Shown: positions 51,902 through 63,562 of the stretch, one piece after another | Position numbering within the stretch: position 1 is the stretch's first letter | How the letters are laid out: the number at the start of each line of letters is the position of its first letter | NCBI GenBank assembly: GCA_021432655.1 | Contig: MU271446.1 | Location: 1 to 64,000 of the forward strand | Source: Atractiella rhizophila | Lineage: Eukaryota | Length of the DNA: 64,000 nt | Reading direction: 5' to 3' | The notes under the pieces: model-generated | What the model was told of the DNA's origin: nothing | Seen by the model: the letters and a program-made list of their open reading frames with translations, nothing else | The model's database searches: none | Position numbers and translations under genes: made by a program

Positions 51902-54900
51902 TTAGATTTCTAGTTGCGCTTAATAGACGTGTGGTGCTTTGTACCAGCTGGCTCTCAATCAAACATTTATATACGAGCAGCTGTCCTTGTACCAAAGCAG
52001 AACAAATGTAACAAGATAAGGAAAGGGTTTTCTCTTGTGAAGGAATGTGGCTTATCTTGTTCTTTACGCGTTTACTCCATCTCTTCCTTTCATACGTAGC
52101 AGCCCTTTGTACTCTGTAACCCCCCTCCCAGTGGCTCAGCAATAGGGTGTATGTCCCTCCTCAACTATCTGCTCTTTTGAGCTGTATCGGCTAGGAGAGT
52201 CTTCACGGCTCTTATACTCGAAAACCTAACTTGAACAAGTAAGAAGCGATGATTGTCAACAACTCCTTTGAACTTGCCTTCCAAAGTTAGTCTGTCATGC
52301 CACTTCCCCAGCGATAGGAGTGGTGGAAGACAATCCTTTTGATCGATTCAAGTCGAGATTAGTGCATGTAGACCACTTCACTTTGCCTTCTTTTTCATCC
52401 AGTATCAACATGGTACCCTTTAACATCTTCATTTTCGAAAACAGATAAACAGATAATGAACATTATGTCAGATAACTTCGCGGAGAAGGTGACCAACTTC
52501 CATTCCATCCACTGCAGAAGGACGTGACCTACGTGGTGTGGCACCAGTGCCTTCGTGATTCGCCAACCGAAACCGAAGGTCGGTGGCAGAAGTAGGTGAT
52601 TTGTTTCTCTTTCTTAAAACACCGATATTGGTGCGCATATCAGAAATTGTGGTGTCTCAATCGATCTTTTGACTTGATTATTGATATATCAACAGCAACA
52701 GTGGCACCCGGGTGCGTTTTATCTGCAAGCTGTAACCTCGTACTGCACCAGTTTCCATCTTCAGGGTTAGTGGGGTACTATCGTTTGTTCATGAACATTC
52801 CCTTTGACACCACTACTCATTCCATTTCATTTTTGAGCTAGCCTTCTGCTTGCTGCACATGCTAAAGTATCGAAATCCTCTGCGTCCATGAGTCAGCCCA
52901 TCGACCGATGAGCCAACTTCTCAAACTTTTACGATGTGTTATATCATCCTTCAGGACTCTGCCTAGACGAGGACTCGGAGCTCTACACTTTGGATATTTT
53001 GCTGGAACACTTTTCCTGTCCTTCTCTTTGAGAACTGATAAGAGAGGAGAGCTTACCATATTTGCATTGCACTACTGTATTTGCACCACGTGTGGGACAG
53101 TACCCACCAATGGGACAGATTGAAAATCCATCTCTAACTTAGACAACCGACTTCCAATTTCCTTCAAACTTTGCAATAACATTCTCATCAATCTTGTCTA
53201 CACTTGTACCAAGCATCTAAGCTGTTGCAGCTCTTTTGAAGCAGTAGGAAGGGTAAACGTGAAGAGCGGTTCTGTGAGGGACAATTTTCTGTGTAAAGTC
53301 CGACAGAACAAAGTTTGGCTGTCGGAGTTTGCCCCACCCCTGCCAAATCCCGCCTTTTACGTACTCCGTCAACTTGTCCCATTGGTGGGCCAAAGAGGTA
53401 TCCTCTTTGGAGGTGAATATTTATAAGAGTATTGATCTTATTCACTCCTTTCCACGCAAAAATCAAAGATAAGATACATGTGTTTCGGCATGTCCCTGCT
53501 TGAATGAAGAGAGCTGCTTCTCTCTGCCAAATTCAGAGTTGAAAAAAGGGTGTCAAGTTTTGTCCCATTAGTGGTGCGAATATAGTAGTACCTCCACCGA
53601 GTTTCATACGCCTCACCCTGCATCATTTTGTACCCACAGGTGACCTAAAGATGCTGAAGACTTAGTGAGAAATGTACTTTCTACCACCTTGCACTAACAA
53701 TCCCCAATCAATTATTAGTGAGTGCAAATGGTATAAACGAATATGTGATTGGGGAAAAAGAAAAGGAAAGAAAACACATCAAATACTTATAAGTCCGGAC
53801 TAGCGGTGAAGTGCACATGTTTGGCACGGCATTCGGAACGCAATGCAAATAGAACAAACAAGTGACATCCACGGATCTCCAACAGACTTCACGCTCCTCA
53901 ATTATGAGCCTCCAAGATGTATGTACAAGCTGTGATTGTGATTGTGATTGTGTTGGAGCGAAGGGTAGGATACATCGAACGATGAGGAGAGAGCAGGGAG
54001 AGAGAGATTGGGGGAGACAAATGGGTTAGAAAGCGAACGAGCTGTAGAGCAGCCGAAAGCGCCATCTACAACTATAACAGTAGGCGGAAAGAGGTCCATG
54101 GAAAGTGAGCGTGGGAAGCAATGGTCATTTATCGCCGCGGGAAGTCGCTCCGAATCTTATTTTACTGTTGAAGGTTTTGATGCTTCCGGGATCGGAACGG
54201 GACGGACCGGCACGAATTAAAATTTTTTTGTCCCATTAAGCAGCCGGCCATCAACGATGCATCAACCCACCCCAATTCACACGAGAGGTGCTGCAGGAGA
54301 AGGAGGCAGTGGTAATTTGAGTGTAACGTCGGGACAGGTGAAGGTGGTGAACATACCGAGGCAGCAAGGTGCGTGGCCACGTCAGGAAGAATCGGATGAT
54401 TCACTACATTATGTTCAAGCTACTGTCTGAGAGATAGGAGCTTTCTTCTTTCTGCAATTCTGACGTGTTGCCCTGCTGTTCAACGATATACCGACTTGTA
54501 CTTCGGATAGGTTAATTAGGTTATTTCTGTTGAAGTCTACGTTTATTTACTAAGGTTGAACTTGGCTTTGTTTTTTCGTGGCGCATGAGTCAATGATGTA
54601 CGCTTCAGCCTTCAACGATCTTCAACCTCAGCGCTCGCAACACCTTGTTTCAAACGAGGAAGGGGCTTTGCGAGAACTGGCGGAGTCGAATGTGAGCAAG
54701 TTGCGTGGTGTGAGAGGTCATAGGTCAGGGACATAAGTCCAACTTTGATGTGACGTCCGTGGCCGCTGTACAAGAGCATGATACAACAACGATCTTTCGT
54801 GTAATCTACATATCACAAATCAGGCAGAAAGCGTCCATTATCGCCTTGCAGAACAAGAAGAGCCAGAGAAACCGCACATCCTTAAGGAAGGAGAATGGAG

Positions 54901-55198
54901 CGGAGAAAGCTCATCTGAGAAGAACCATGAGGTCCTTCAAACATAGACAGATTCGAAAGAGCCAGGGTCCCTTGCGAGGGACCTATGAGCTTGAGAAGGA
55001 GAAGGGGGATGACATTGGTAGGTGTGCCCAAAGCAGCCTGTAGCCACATGTCCACTTCAATGCCAGCAGAAGTCGATGAGAATGGAGAGGAAGAAAGTTG
55101 TCCAAAAGGACGAATAAGCTTCTAGCTCACAACCCAGCAGCGACGCGTGAAATCATCCGTCGAGGTGACTTCAGAGATTAGAGCCGATTCGTAACGAG

Positions 55199-56215
55199 CT
55201 ACTCCCGCATCTGGGAGATCGAATACATCTCGACAGAAACTGTAGAAACCCCCACATGGGCTGGAGGGGGTGTTTGAGGGACCGGATAAAGAACAGGTAG
55301 CGGGTGAGGGGGAGGCGATGGTAGTGGTAGAACGAAGGTGTTCCGCTGCCATCGTCTGCGGTAGAACAAAAAAGCGAGGGCGATGGCTCCGATGGCGCAA
55401 GGAATGGCGATGAGACTTCCTTTAGTGATCCAAGTCAATCCAGAGGGACCAGGGTAATCGGAAAGGAGGGAGGACCCTGTTGTAGTATCGAAGGTGGTGG
55501 TGGTCCTCTGGATGAGGGTAGTAGAGAGTTTTGTTGTGGTAGGAGAGATTCCAGCCTGACCTGAAGGAATCATGCCGCCCGTTGTGATGGTGGTGAAGCC
55601 GGAAGCGGCGGTGAAGGTGGTATCCGAGGTAGTTGTTGTCGTTTCTGAAGCGTTCAGCGCCTCCTTGAGTTGTTCCTCTGTATATTGCGTGCACTTGTCA
55701 TCACTAGCCTCCCCACTGACACAAGCCAGTTTGGGGTCAAGCCCAGCTTGGAACACGGCCTCGTAGCCTCCACATACCCCATCCGACCCTTTACATTTGC
55801 TTCTTAAAATCCATTTCAATCTCAGAAAAGAGGACGCACCACAATGGATCTTGCCCTGGCAGGTGCCTTCCGCCAAAGGAGAGCAGTTCCCCCCGATGTT
55901 CCCGACACATTTACCCCCGAAACAACTGCCCCCATCGCAGTTGCTATCAGAAAAACAGGGACTTCCTAATCCCATAAAGCTGGTCAGAGAGCAGTAAAGC
56001 AGATGGAACAACTGACCAAAGAAGCAGAATGCCTGTGATGTGTCGTGCGGATTTAGGTTGCAAAGGTTGGCATCTGGATAAGAGCCTTGTGGCGTGTTGT
56101 ACTGCTGCTGGCAGCTGAGCCCTTGACCGTCGCAAGGAAAATTACCGATTGGCGTAAAGCCACTGCAAACTTCTTGAAAGAAGAGGAAGAGAGAGAAAAT
56201 AGGTGTGATTCTCAT
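55199..56215 (-). CDS. Cys-rich secreted/single-pass membrane protein
   Basis: Signal peptide MRITPIFSLFLFF, Cys/Gly-rich ectodomain with two frame-preserving introns, Thr/Ser stalk, TM 'LIAIPCAIGAIALAFLFY' followed by RRR, Pro-rich tail. The 3' end is uncertain. Confidence 0.75.
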   Translation of the reverse strand: MRITPIFSLFLFFQEVCSGFTPIGNFPCDGQGLSCQQQYNTPQGSYPDANLCNLNPHDTSQAFCFFGQLFHLLYCSLTSFMGLGSPCFSDSNCDGGSCFGGKCVGNIGGNCSPLAEGTCQGKIHCGASSFLRLKWILRSKCKGSDGVCGGYEAVFQAGLDPKLACVSGEASDDKCTQYTEEQLKEALNASETTTTTSDTTFTAASGFTTITTGGMIPSGQAGISPTTTKLSTTLIQRTTTTFDTTTGSSLLSDYPGPSGLTWITKGSLIAIPCAIGAIALAFLFYRRRWQRNTFVLPLPSPPPHPLPVLYPVPQTPPPAHVGVSTVSVEMYSISQMRE

Positions 56216-57645
56216 GATGATGGTTGCAAATGAAAGGTGCGAGTCACCTTTAAATATTCCCTGTGTTAATTGTTGCGGCTGTGAGATCGGGTAAGCCATT
56301 GAGTTGAACTTGCCCGCTGGATGCTCCCTTGCAAACGGCCAACAAGTAAAGCGGGTTCGCTCGGTGCCAACTCGTCGGGGAAAACCTGAAGAGAAGATCA
56401 TTGTATGGCGTGTGCGCGATGAGGATAGGAGACCAAATTGGGCGATTTAACGCGAAAACACCCGTTTCCCGCCAGCATTTGATCACGTCCATGTGGAATA
56501 TTTTATGAGGGACCATTTTATGAGGGACTGATGTTGTCTTTCCCACAGATGCAGAGCGGATATGTCTGAAAGGGGAGGTGACAAATGCCTTTATGGAGTC
56601 TCCCCTTTTACTCGATCTTACTCAATTGAATCTTTCGCTGTTTGTCTTCGCTCTCTCGTGCCGGCTGACCAATTCTTAGCATCCAGATATCCTGGAAAAC
56701 GAGATTTGGCGGGTTGGGAGCCTTGATCCAAAATTGTTGCCTTTTCGTTTTCATTTGACTGTTATCCTGACTCTTATCGTAGCTTAGGAGTTGATTGCCC
56801 TTTCATGTCCAACATGAGGAGGAGCTTCAATTTATATGCTCGACTTCATGATCAGCTCCATCGAGCCTCAGGTCACATGGGTATGCTCTCATTTACTGTA
56901 CTAGAGTCCATCGCACTCGAAGATGGAGATCTCAGCTGGAGACATGTCCGTCTTCAGTAGATGATTTGGAGGTCGCCATAATCTTGCAGTCACGTTAACA
57001 GCGGAGGATGTTTTGAATAGGTTGACGTTCCCAACGCGAACCCAGAGCTCCAAGAGCCACAATTTTTACATACGTGACGTTCTCATCACCATGTGGACAT
57101 TCGGCTGGACTTGTCATAGTCTCTTTTGCTTCTCCTTGCCAATTTACTAGACTACCTTCCTTTGTCGTTCGCATTTGCTTCGGCCGGTCCGGAGAAGTTC
57201 AGACCTATTATGTGATGTTCTCGATCCAACCCATCAGTCTAGTAGCGCTCTATGTGGTCCATATCGGTCGACTGGAATGCTGAAAAGTAAATGAGTGAAT
57301 AGCTGTTCGGACCCTGAGCGATTGGGTCCGCTCCTCCCCATTCAGTTCCCCCAGTTGGAGCCGTTGCCCATCGTTATCTTCCCTTCTGGTGGTGAAAATA
57401 CACAGCAACGGCGAATTCGATGTCATATTTAGTTTTTTGGTCGGGAGAGCAAGTCTGGTCCCATATTAGTGTTGGCATAAGCTGTCTTGATTTCTAGGAA
57501 GTATAGAGAGTGGGATGATTGGGTTGCCTTATAAGCTTCACCTTCGTGAGAGCAAGTAACAACGCCATATGCATATGACGATGCCTCATGATGGAGAAAT
57601 CAACGAATTTGGGACTTGCTGGTAACCCCGGCACAAGGACGAAGA

Positions 57646-58337
57646 ATGAGTCGCGAACCATGTGAAGTGCAGTATGGGGAGTACGGAGGAGTGCGGTATC
57701 CAGGAGAAGAGAAGGGGATATTGTACGTTGACGATCTGGACGATGAGGAGCTTGATGCGTTCATACTCGATGAAGAGGAATCCGAGGCGAAGGCGAGGGT
57801 GTGGATGGAGTTCAATCGGGATTATCTCGAGAAGTTAGCCGGTGTGTCTTGCTTTCCCGATCTCAGAATGAAGCTAATGCTGGGAAATGGGAAGAGAAAC
57901 AGCGAGAAGAAGAAGAGGGCATCAATAAACCGAAGAGGAAACGAAAACCTGTCCGTTCCTTCTTCTGATTCACAGATGGTTCTGACAATTGCCCATTGTA
58001 GCGCAAGAAAAAGCTCAAACCTGGCGATCCGGCTGCCGCTGGAACTCAACAAACTACAGCAGCCGAAGCAGCGACAGAAATGATGCGCAAAAAGTTCTCT
58101 CGAAAGATTAATTATGCAGCCATCGAAGGGATGCTCGATTCCAACAATGTAATCGCCGCGATCGAGAGGCAAAAGAAAGGGTCGACTGCTCCCCTGCCAT
58201 CAGCTGCCGGAGAGGAGGAAGAGGAAGTCAATTATCAAGAACATGGTGCAATGCCAGTTGAGGAGGAAGCTATGGAAGCAGACGCAGGCGGTTGGGAGGA
58301 GGGTGTAGAGGAAGAGGGATTCGATGAATACGAGTAG
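57646..58337 (+). pseudogene. BRF1: 5'-truncated duplicate of BRF1 (C-terminal TBP-binding region only)
   Basis: Reads 'DDLDDEELDAFILDEEESEAKARVWMEFNRDYL...AAEAATEMMRKKFSRKINY'. No Zn-ribbon or cyclin-fold exons are visible upstream. Confidence 0.8.
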
Positions 58338-58605
58338 CAGTTGGAGGGGAGAGATCAATTCGTTTCGCCTTTCGAATCCTGCTGCCAGGTAACTAGTCTT
58401 TTATCGTCCTTAAATTCTTTCTTTGTTCCTTCGTATCAATCATACATTTGTATCTCGGCATACATCCTGAACGTTCTGTTTGAGCCATGTAGAGTACAAA
58501 TTCAATGCAGAAATTGCGAATCCTTGTAACTTGAACACACAAGCTATTCACTGCCAGATCGATATTGTCTTGTTGTTGTACCAATTGGTGCCTAGGTCAG
58601 TGATC

Positions 58606-59532
58606 TCACTGCAAGTTGACGAATAAGCCTCCATCTGGTTCGGGTAAGCATCCGCGAACTCGCGAAGAAAAAAGGACATGTACCGACAAGAAGTTGAGCA
58701 CCAGTCTAATCATCCCTTCAGCACGAAGTAATTGAGCAGTAAATAATGAATACGCACGACATAACCGCTCAAATCGCTAGCGAGAAACACAGCAGGACCA
58801 ACGATGTCCTCTGGTTGGCCCAACCTTCCGAGTGGGATCCTACCTTCCATGTACTCTCTCTTCTTACTATCCTTCAAATCCTCCTCGTTGAGCTGAGTTC
58901 TACAAAGCTTATTGTTGATAAAACACCCAGCCTGGGGAATGATCAAGTACAAACCGGATAGTGCCTGGCAAAATGGCATTACACCTGATCCCATTTCCGC
59001 CTAACGCGCAAGCTGTGCTCTGCATCAAGCTAAGAATTCCCGCTTTAGTCGGCGTGTAATGTGTCTGCCCTGCTCCGCCCACGAGAGCCGAAATTGACGA
59101 AATTCCAATAATGCTCCCTCCTTTCCCTTGCAAAGCCATTTGTTTCGCTGCAGCTTGCACAGCATAAAATGCTCCGTCAAGGTTCACACGAACTGTTTTC
59201 GAGTATAACTCGGCTGGCAAGTCGAGAAATTCGTGGAATGTACAGATCCCTGCATTGGAGACCATGACATCCAACCCACCGAACTTTTCCACCGCCTTCT
59301 CGACAAGGGTGATTGAGGTGACTGGTTCCGAAATGTCTCCAGGAACTGCGAGAAGGGAAGGTATTTGGGACTGTAAGGAAGACAAAGCTTCCTCCGACGA
59401 GGGGATTGGAAGATAGTTGACACAGACATTTGCGCCATGCTGGGAGAATCCAATCGCCAGCGCTCGACCGATGCCTGTGAGACCACCTGTGATGATTGCA
59501 GTTTTTCCAAGGAGTAGTTGAGGGATTGCCAT
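58606..59532 (-). CDS. LRA1: L-rhamnose 1-dehydrogenase-like SDR, copy 1
   Basis: Motifs 'GKTAIITGGLTGIGRA', 'VSNAGIC', the diagnostic 'SSISALVGGAGQTHYTPTKAG', and C-terminal 'GGLFVNLQ*'. Confidence 0.88.
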
Positions 59533-60699
59533 AGTTGCCCTCAAATCGATTAATCTGCGTGGAGATGAATCAGTCAGTGGACCAATTTTTGCAGAAATAG
59601 GAGGCGACGTAAAGATGAGAGACGATATGAAAGCAGGCCTACCGTGTCCAATCTAATAAATTCCAAGAGATGCAAGCTTTGGAGGATCGCTAAAGAGGAG
59701 CAATAGGTGTAAGCTGGTTGTGCTTGGGTGTGCAGCGGGCCGGAGCGCCGTCAAGCGTTGAAGGTGCCATCTGTAATGTGAGAAGAAATTTGTAGGAATA
59801 ATCAGTCAAAACTGCCGGACAAAAGATCAAGGGTCAGGCACTGGAAAGAGTCCTGCGGCTAGCGCGGTGGTTGATTGGTGGTCCAAGAGTACAGACGGTG
59901 CGGAATAGGTACTAGATAGGTTGAGGTAGAAATGGAAGTTTGGTTGAGTGCTTTCGACGTGCTTTGCGCGGTGACCAAAACGTGGCGGAAAGGGGCCGCT
60001 TGCTTCGAGCTTGAATTATAGTGAAAAGGCTTCGCATCCACCCTTCACCTTTTCCGCTCCTGACATGCCTGACAGGCACACGCTCAATAGAATTGCAGTC
60101 AACGTGTTTAAAAACACTGTAATACGCACTAACAGTGCCGAATAACCATTTGCCAATATGTTGCTTTGATTGAAACCAAGGTCCAGGAAAATCAGATAAT
60201 ACCATAACTGGACGGAGCCTTTTCTCTCACTCTCTGCCTCCTTCATTTCGTCGAACATTAGGTTGATGTTGTAGTATTCGCTGAACCAGTTCCGGCTTCT
60301 TTCCACGCGTTGGAAGCCCGAAATCCTTCCCAGTGGTTCATGTCAAATTCATCGGTGGAAACTTATTATAAAGACTGACCATTGAGGCGGTCCTGCGATT
60401 TGAGATCGTATACTTGTTCCTGTTATTCAACTCTTTTTCCAATGCTCCCCAGGCCATATCCTCACCCTTACCCTCTTCCCCATGCCAAGTCCAATAAATG
60501 CCGCTATCATCCTTATCACCTCCAGGCACATCGTCATTTTGCCTTTTCTTCTTCTTTTCTAGCTCAACACCGCTCATTGTGTGTCCAGATTTCAGATCAT
60601 CTAAAGGAGTTGTTGTTGTTAGGTTATCTGGGAAAGTGGTGCGAGTAGGCATGAGAACCTGGGACCTGCGATTTGGAGGGAGACTGCAGTCTGTGCAGA

Positions 60700-61980
60700 C
60701 ACATCAACCACGTTGCAACTGGTGGGGCAACGAGAGAACTCAACTTTTCCTGACGCTCAGTTCGTCTCTGGGTTGTGGTGTCTTAGCCAGTCATGACTCA
60801 GAATCATGTCAACTGTCCCCAACTCTGCCACAGCGAATTGCCAAACTTCGTGATGTCAGGCTTGCCCCTACGCATTACCGAAATGCACCATTTGAAGTCA
60901 CGTGACCTATTTTACTGCATCATAGGATCACGTGCCTACCCGTCGCCGCTTTGCTCACATTCGTGCTGACCGCCGCCTTCCCCCATCTCACACGAATCGC
61001 CGCTCAGCAAACCTTACACATTTCGCCGGTCTGCACCGTCTCCATTATTGCCTTATTATCCTTTCTCACTTGTACTGCTCAGTATGTCTTATTTTCAAGT
61101 ATTCCCTTTATTGCTTTCCTGATCTAGCTATCTTACATGTTTCAAGAAACGTATGTTACAGTTTATGGCAGTGCCTATATATACATCGAAATGTAGTAGT
61201 GGTGACCTCAGAGTATTCGATTAGGTTTACCTCCACTACAGACGCATCGACCATCGGCAACCGCACATAGCGTTTGACACGTGATGGGTGGCGATCGAAA
61301 TGGGTAAATAAGTGACATGGAACCCCGCTGATTAAGGGATCCGTCGATATTGTAAACGGGCACTGGGGAAGGGTATTCAGAAACGAGTTTTGGAGAAATA
61401 AAGGAAGTGGTTGCCCCGCTGTCGATGAGCGCCAATGTGGCGTGTCAGCAATGGGAATGTGGGTGATGGAAAGCGGTTCTGAGTTTCGTTTTTGAACTGA
61501 CTAGGGATGCAGTTGTCGAACATAAGTGGACTTTGTTGCACATTTTTGTGACATCTGCGCATCTTTGTCTCCAAGATGGAAAAAGCAATTTGGAAATGGG
61601 GAGTCATGTTCGGAAGAAGGGAAATCTGCGCAAAGCGGCGCTTTGTTGGAGGTGATTTTAGGTGATGAAAATGAATTGTAAGTCGGTGACAGGGACACTC
61701 CTTTCTCCTGTCACCGTCTCAAGAATCCTCATCCAGATCCAATGATTGAGCGACGCTCGTTTTCGGCGACCGGTTGGCGATTTGGGCAGATTGTCGTTCT
61801 TGTTCTACGAGACGAGTGTCGATATATTTTCCTTGTGCATGAAGGTATTGCTCTTTGCTCATGGACCTCTTGCATTCCTTCTCTCTGTGTCTGATTTTTT
61901 GGCATCTTTGACAACGGGCGATCTGAATTTCATCTCATCTACCTCCATATCGTCGGAGTCTTTAGCTTCATGAAGTTGCG
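60700..61980 (-). mobile_element. Degenerate Ty3/gypsy gag-protease relic, interrupted by a solo LTR
   Basis: Gag-like 'DMEVD' and protease 'ALIDSGATTSFIS...VYNIDGS.N'. Beyond the insertion it continues 'FAVAELGTVDMILSHDWLRHHNPETN*..G...F.RCP..C'. Confidence 0.85.
60854..61279 (+). mobile_element. Solo LTR (426 bp)
   Basis: TGTCA...TGACA termini flanked by the identical 5-bp TSD CGTGA (60849-60853 and 61280-61284). Internal TATATATA. Orientation is inferred. Confidence 0.9.
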
Positions 61981-62367
61981 AAGCGGCGATTGGTGTTATT
62001 TGGTCAAAATTTATGACCCCACTACGAGACCGCTAACTAAAAGAAGTGGGTTTTTCTAGGGCCTGACCCTTGATCTTTTGTCCGGCAGTTTTGACTGATT
62101 ATTCCTACAAATTTCTTCTCACATTACAGATGGCACCTTCAACGCTTGACGGCGCTCCGGCCCGCTGCACACCCAAGCACAACCAGCTTACACCTATTGC
62201 TCCTCTTTAGCGATCCTCCAAAGCTTGCATCTCTTGGAATTTATTAGATTGGACACGGTAGGCCTGCTTTCATATCGTCTCTCATCTTTACGTCGCCTCC
62301 TATTCCTGCAAAAATTGGTCCACTGACTGATTCATCTCCACGCAGATTAATCGATTTGAGGGCAACT

Positions 62368-63294
62368 ATGGCAATCCCTCAACTACTCCTTGGAAAAACT
62401 GCAATCATCACAGGTGGTCTCACAGGCATCGGTCGAGCGCTGGCGATTGGATTCTCCCAGCATGGCGCAAATGTCTGTGTCAACTATCTTCCAATCCCCT
62501 CGTCGGAGGAAGCTTTGTCTTCCTTACAGTCCCAAATACCTTCCCTTCTCGCAGTTCCTGGAGACATTTCGGAACCAGTCACCTCAATCACCCTTGTCGA
62601 GAAGGCGGTGGAAAAGTTCGGTGGGTTGGATGTCATGGTCTCCAATGCAGGGATCTGTACATTCCACGAATTTCTCGACTTGCCAGCCGAGTTATACTCG
62701 AAAACAGTTCGTGTGAACCTTGACGGAGCATTTTATGCTGTGCAAGCTGCAGCGAAACAAATGGCTTTGCAAGGGAAAGGAGGGAGCATTATTGGAATTT
62801 CGTCAATTTCGGCTCTCGTGGGCGGAGCAGGGCAGACACATTACACGCCGACTAAAGCGGGAATTCTTAGCTTGATGCAGAGCACAGCTTGCGCGTTAGG
62901 CGGAAATGGGATCAGGTGTAATGCCATTTTGCCAGGCACTATCCGGTTTGTACTTGATCATTCCCCAGGCTGGGTGTTTTATCAACAATAAGCTTTGTAG
63001 AACTCAGCTCAACGAGGAGGATTTGAAGGATAGTAAGAAGAGAGAGTACATGGAAGGTAGGATCCCACTCGGAAGGTTGGGCCAACCAGAGGACATCGTT
63101 GGTCCTGCTGTGTTTCTCGCTAGCGATTTGAGCGGTTATGTCGTGCGTATTCATTATTTACTGCTCAATTACTTCGTGCTGAAGGGATGATTAGACTGGT
63201 GCTCAACTTCTTGTCGGTACATGTCCTTTTTTCTTCGCGAGTTCGCGGATGCTTACCCGAACCAGATGGAGGCTTATTCGTCAACTTGCAGTGA
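62368..63294 (+). CDS. LRA1: L-rhamnose 1-dehydrogenase-like SDR, copy 2
   Basis: Translations are identical to copy 1 in the ORF track. Confidence 0.88.
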
Positions 63295-63562
63295 GATCAC
63301 TGACCTAGGCACCAATTGGTACAACAACAAGACAATATCGATCTGGCAGTGAATAGCTTGTGTGTTCAAGTTACAAGGATTCGCAATTTCTGCATTGAAT
63401 TTGTACTCTACATGGCTCAAACAGAACGTTCAGGATGTATGCCGAGATACAAATGTATGATTGATACGAAGGAACAAAGAAAGAATTTAAGGACGATAAA
63501 AGACTAGTTACCTGGCAGCAGGATTCGAAAGGCGAAACGAATTGATCTCTCCCCTCCAACTG

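Noticed and set aside
53930..53952. (TGTGAT)n short repeat, briefly considered as telomere-like or array-like
   Set aside because: Only about 3.5 units, an ordinary microsatellite. No CRISPR-like repeat-spacer structure occurs anywhere in this eukaryotic window.
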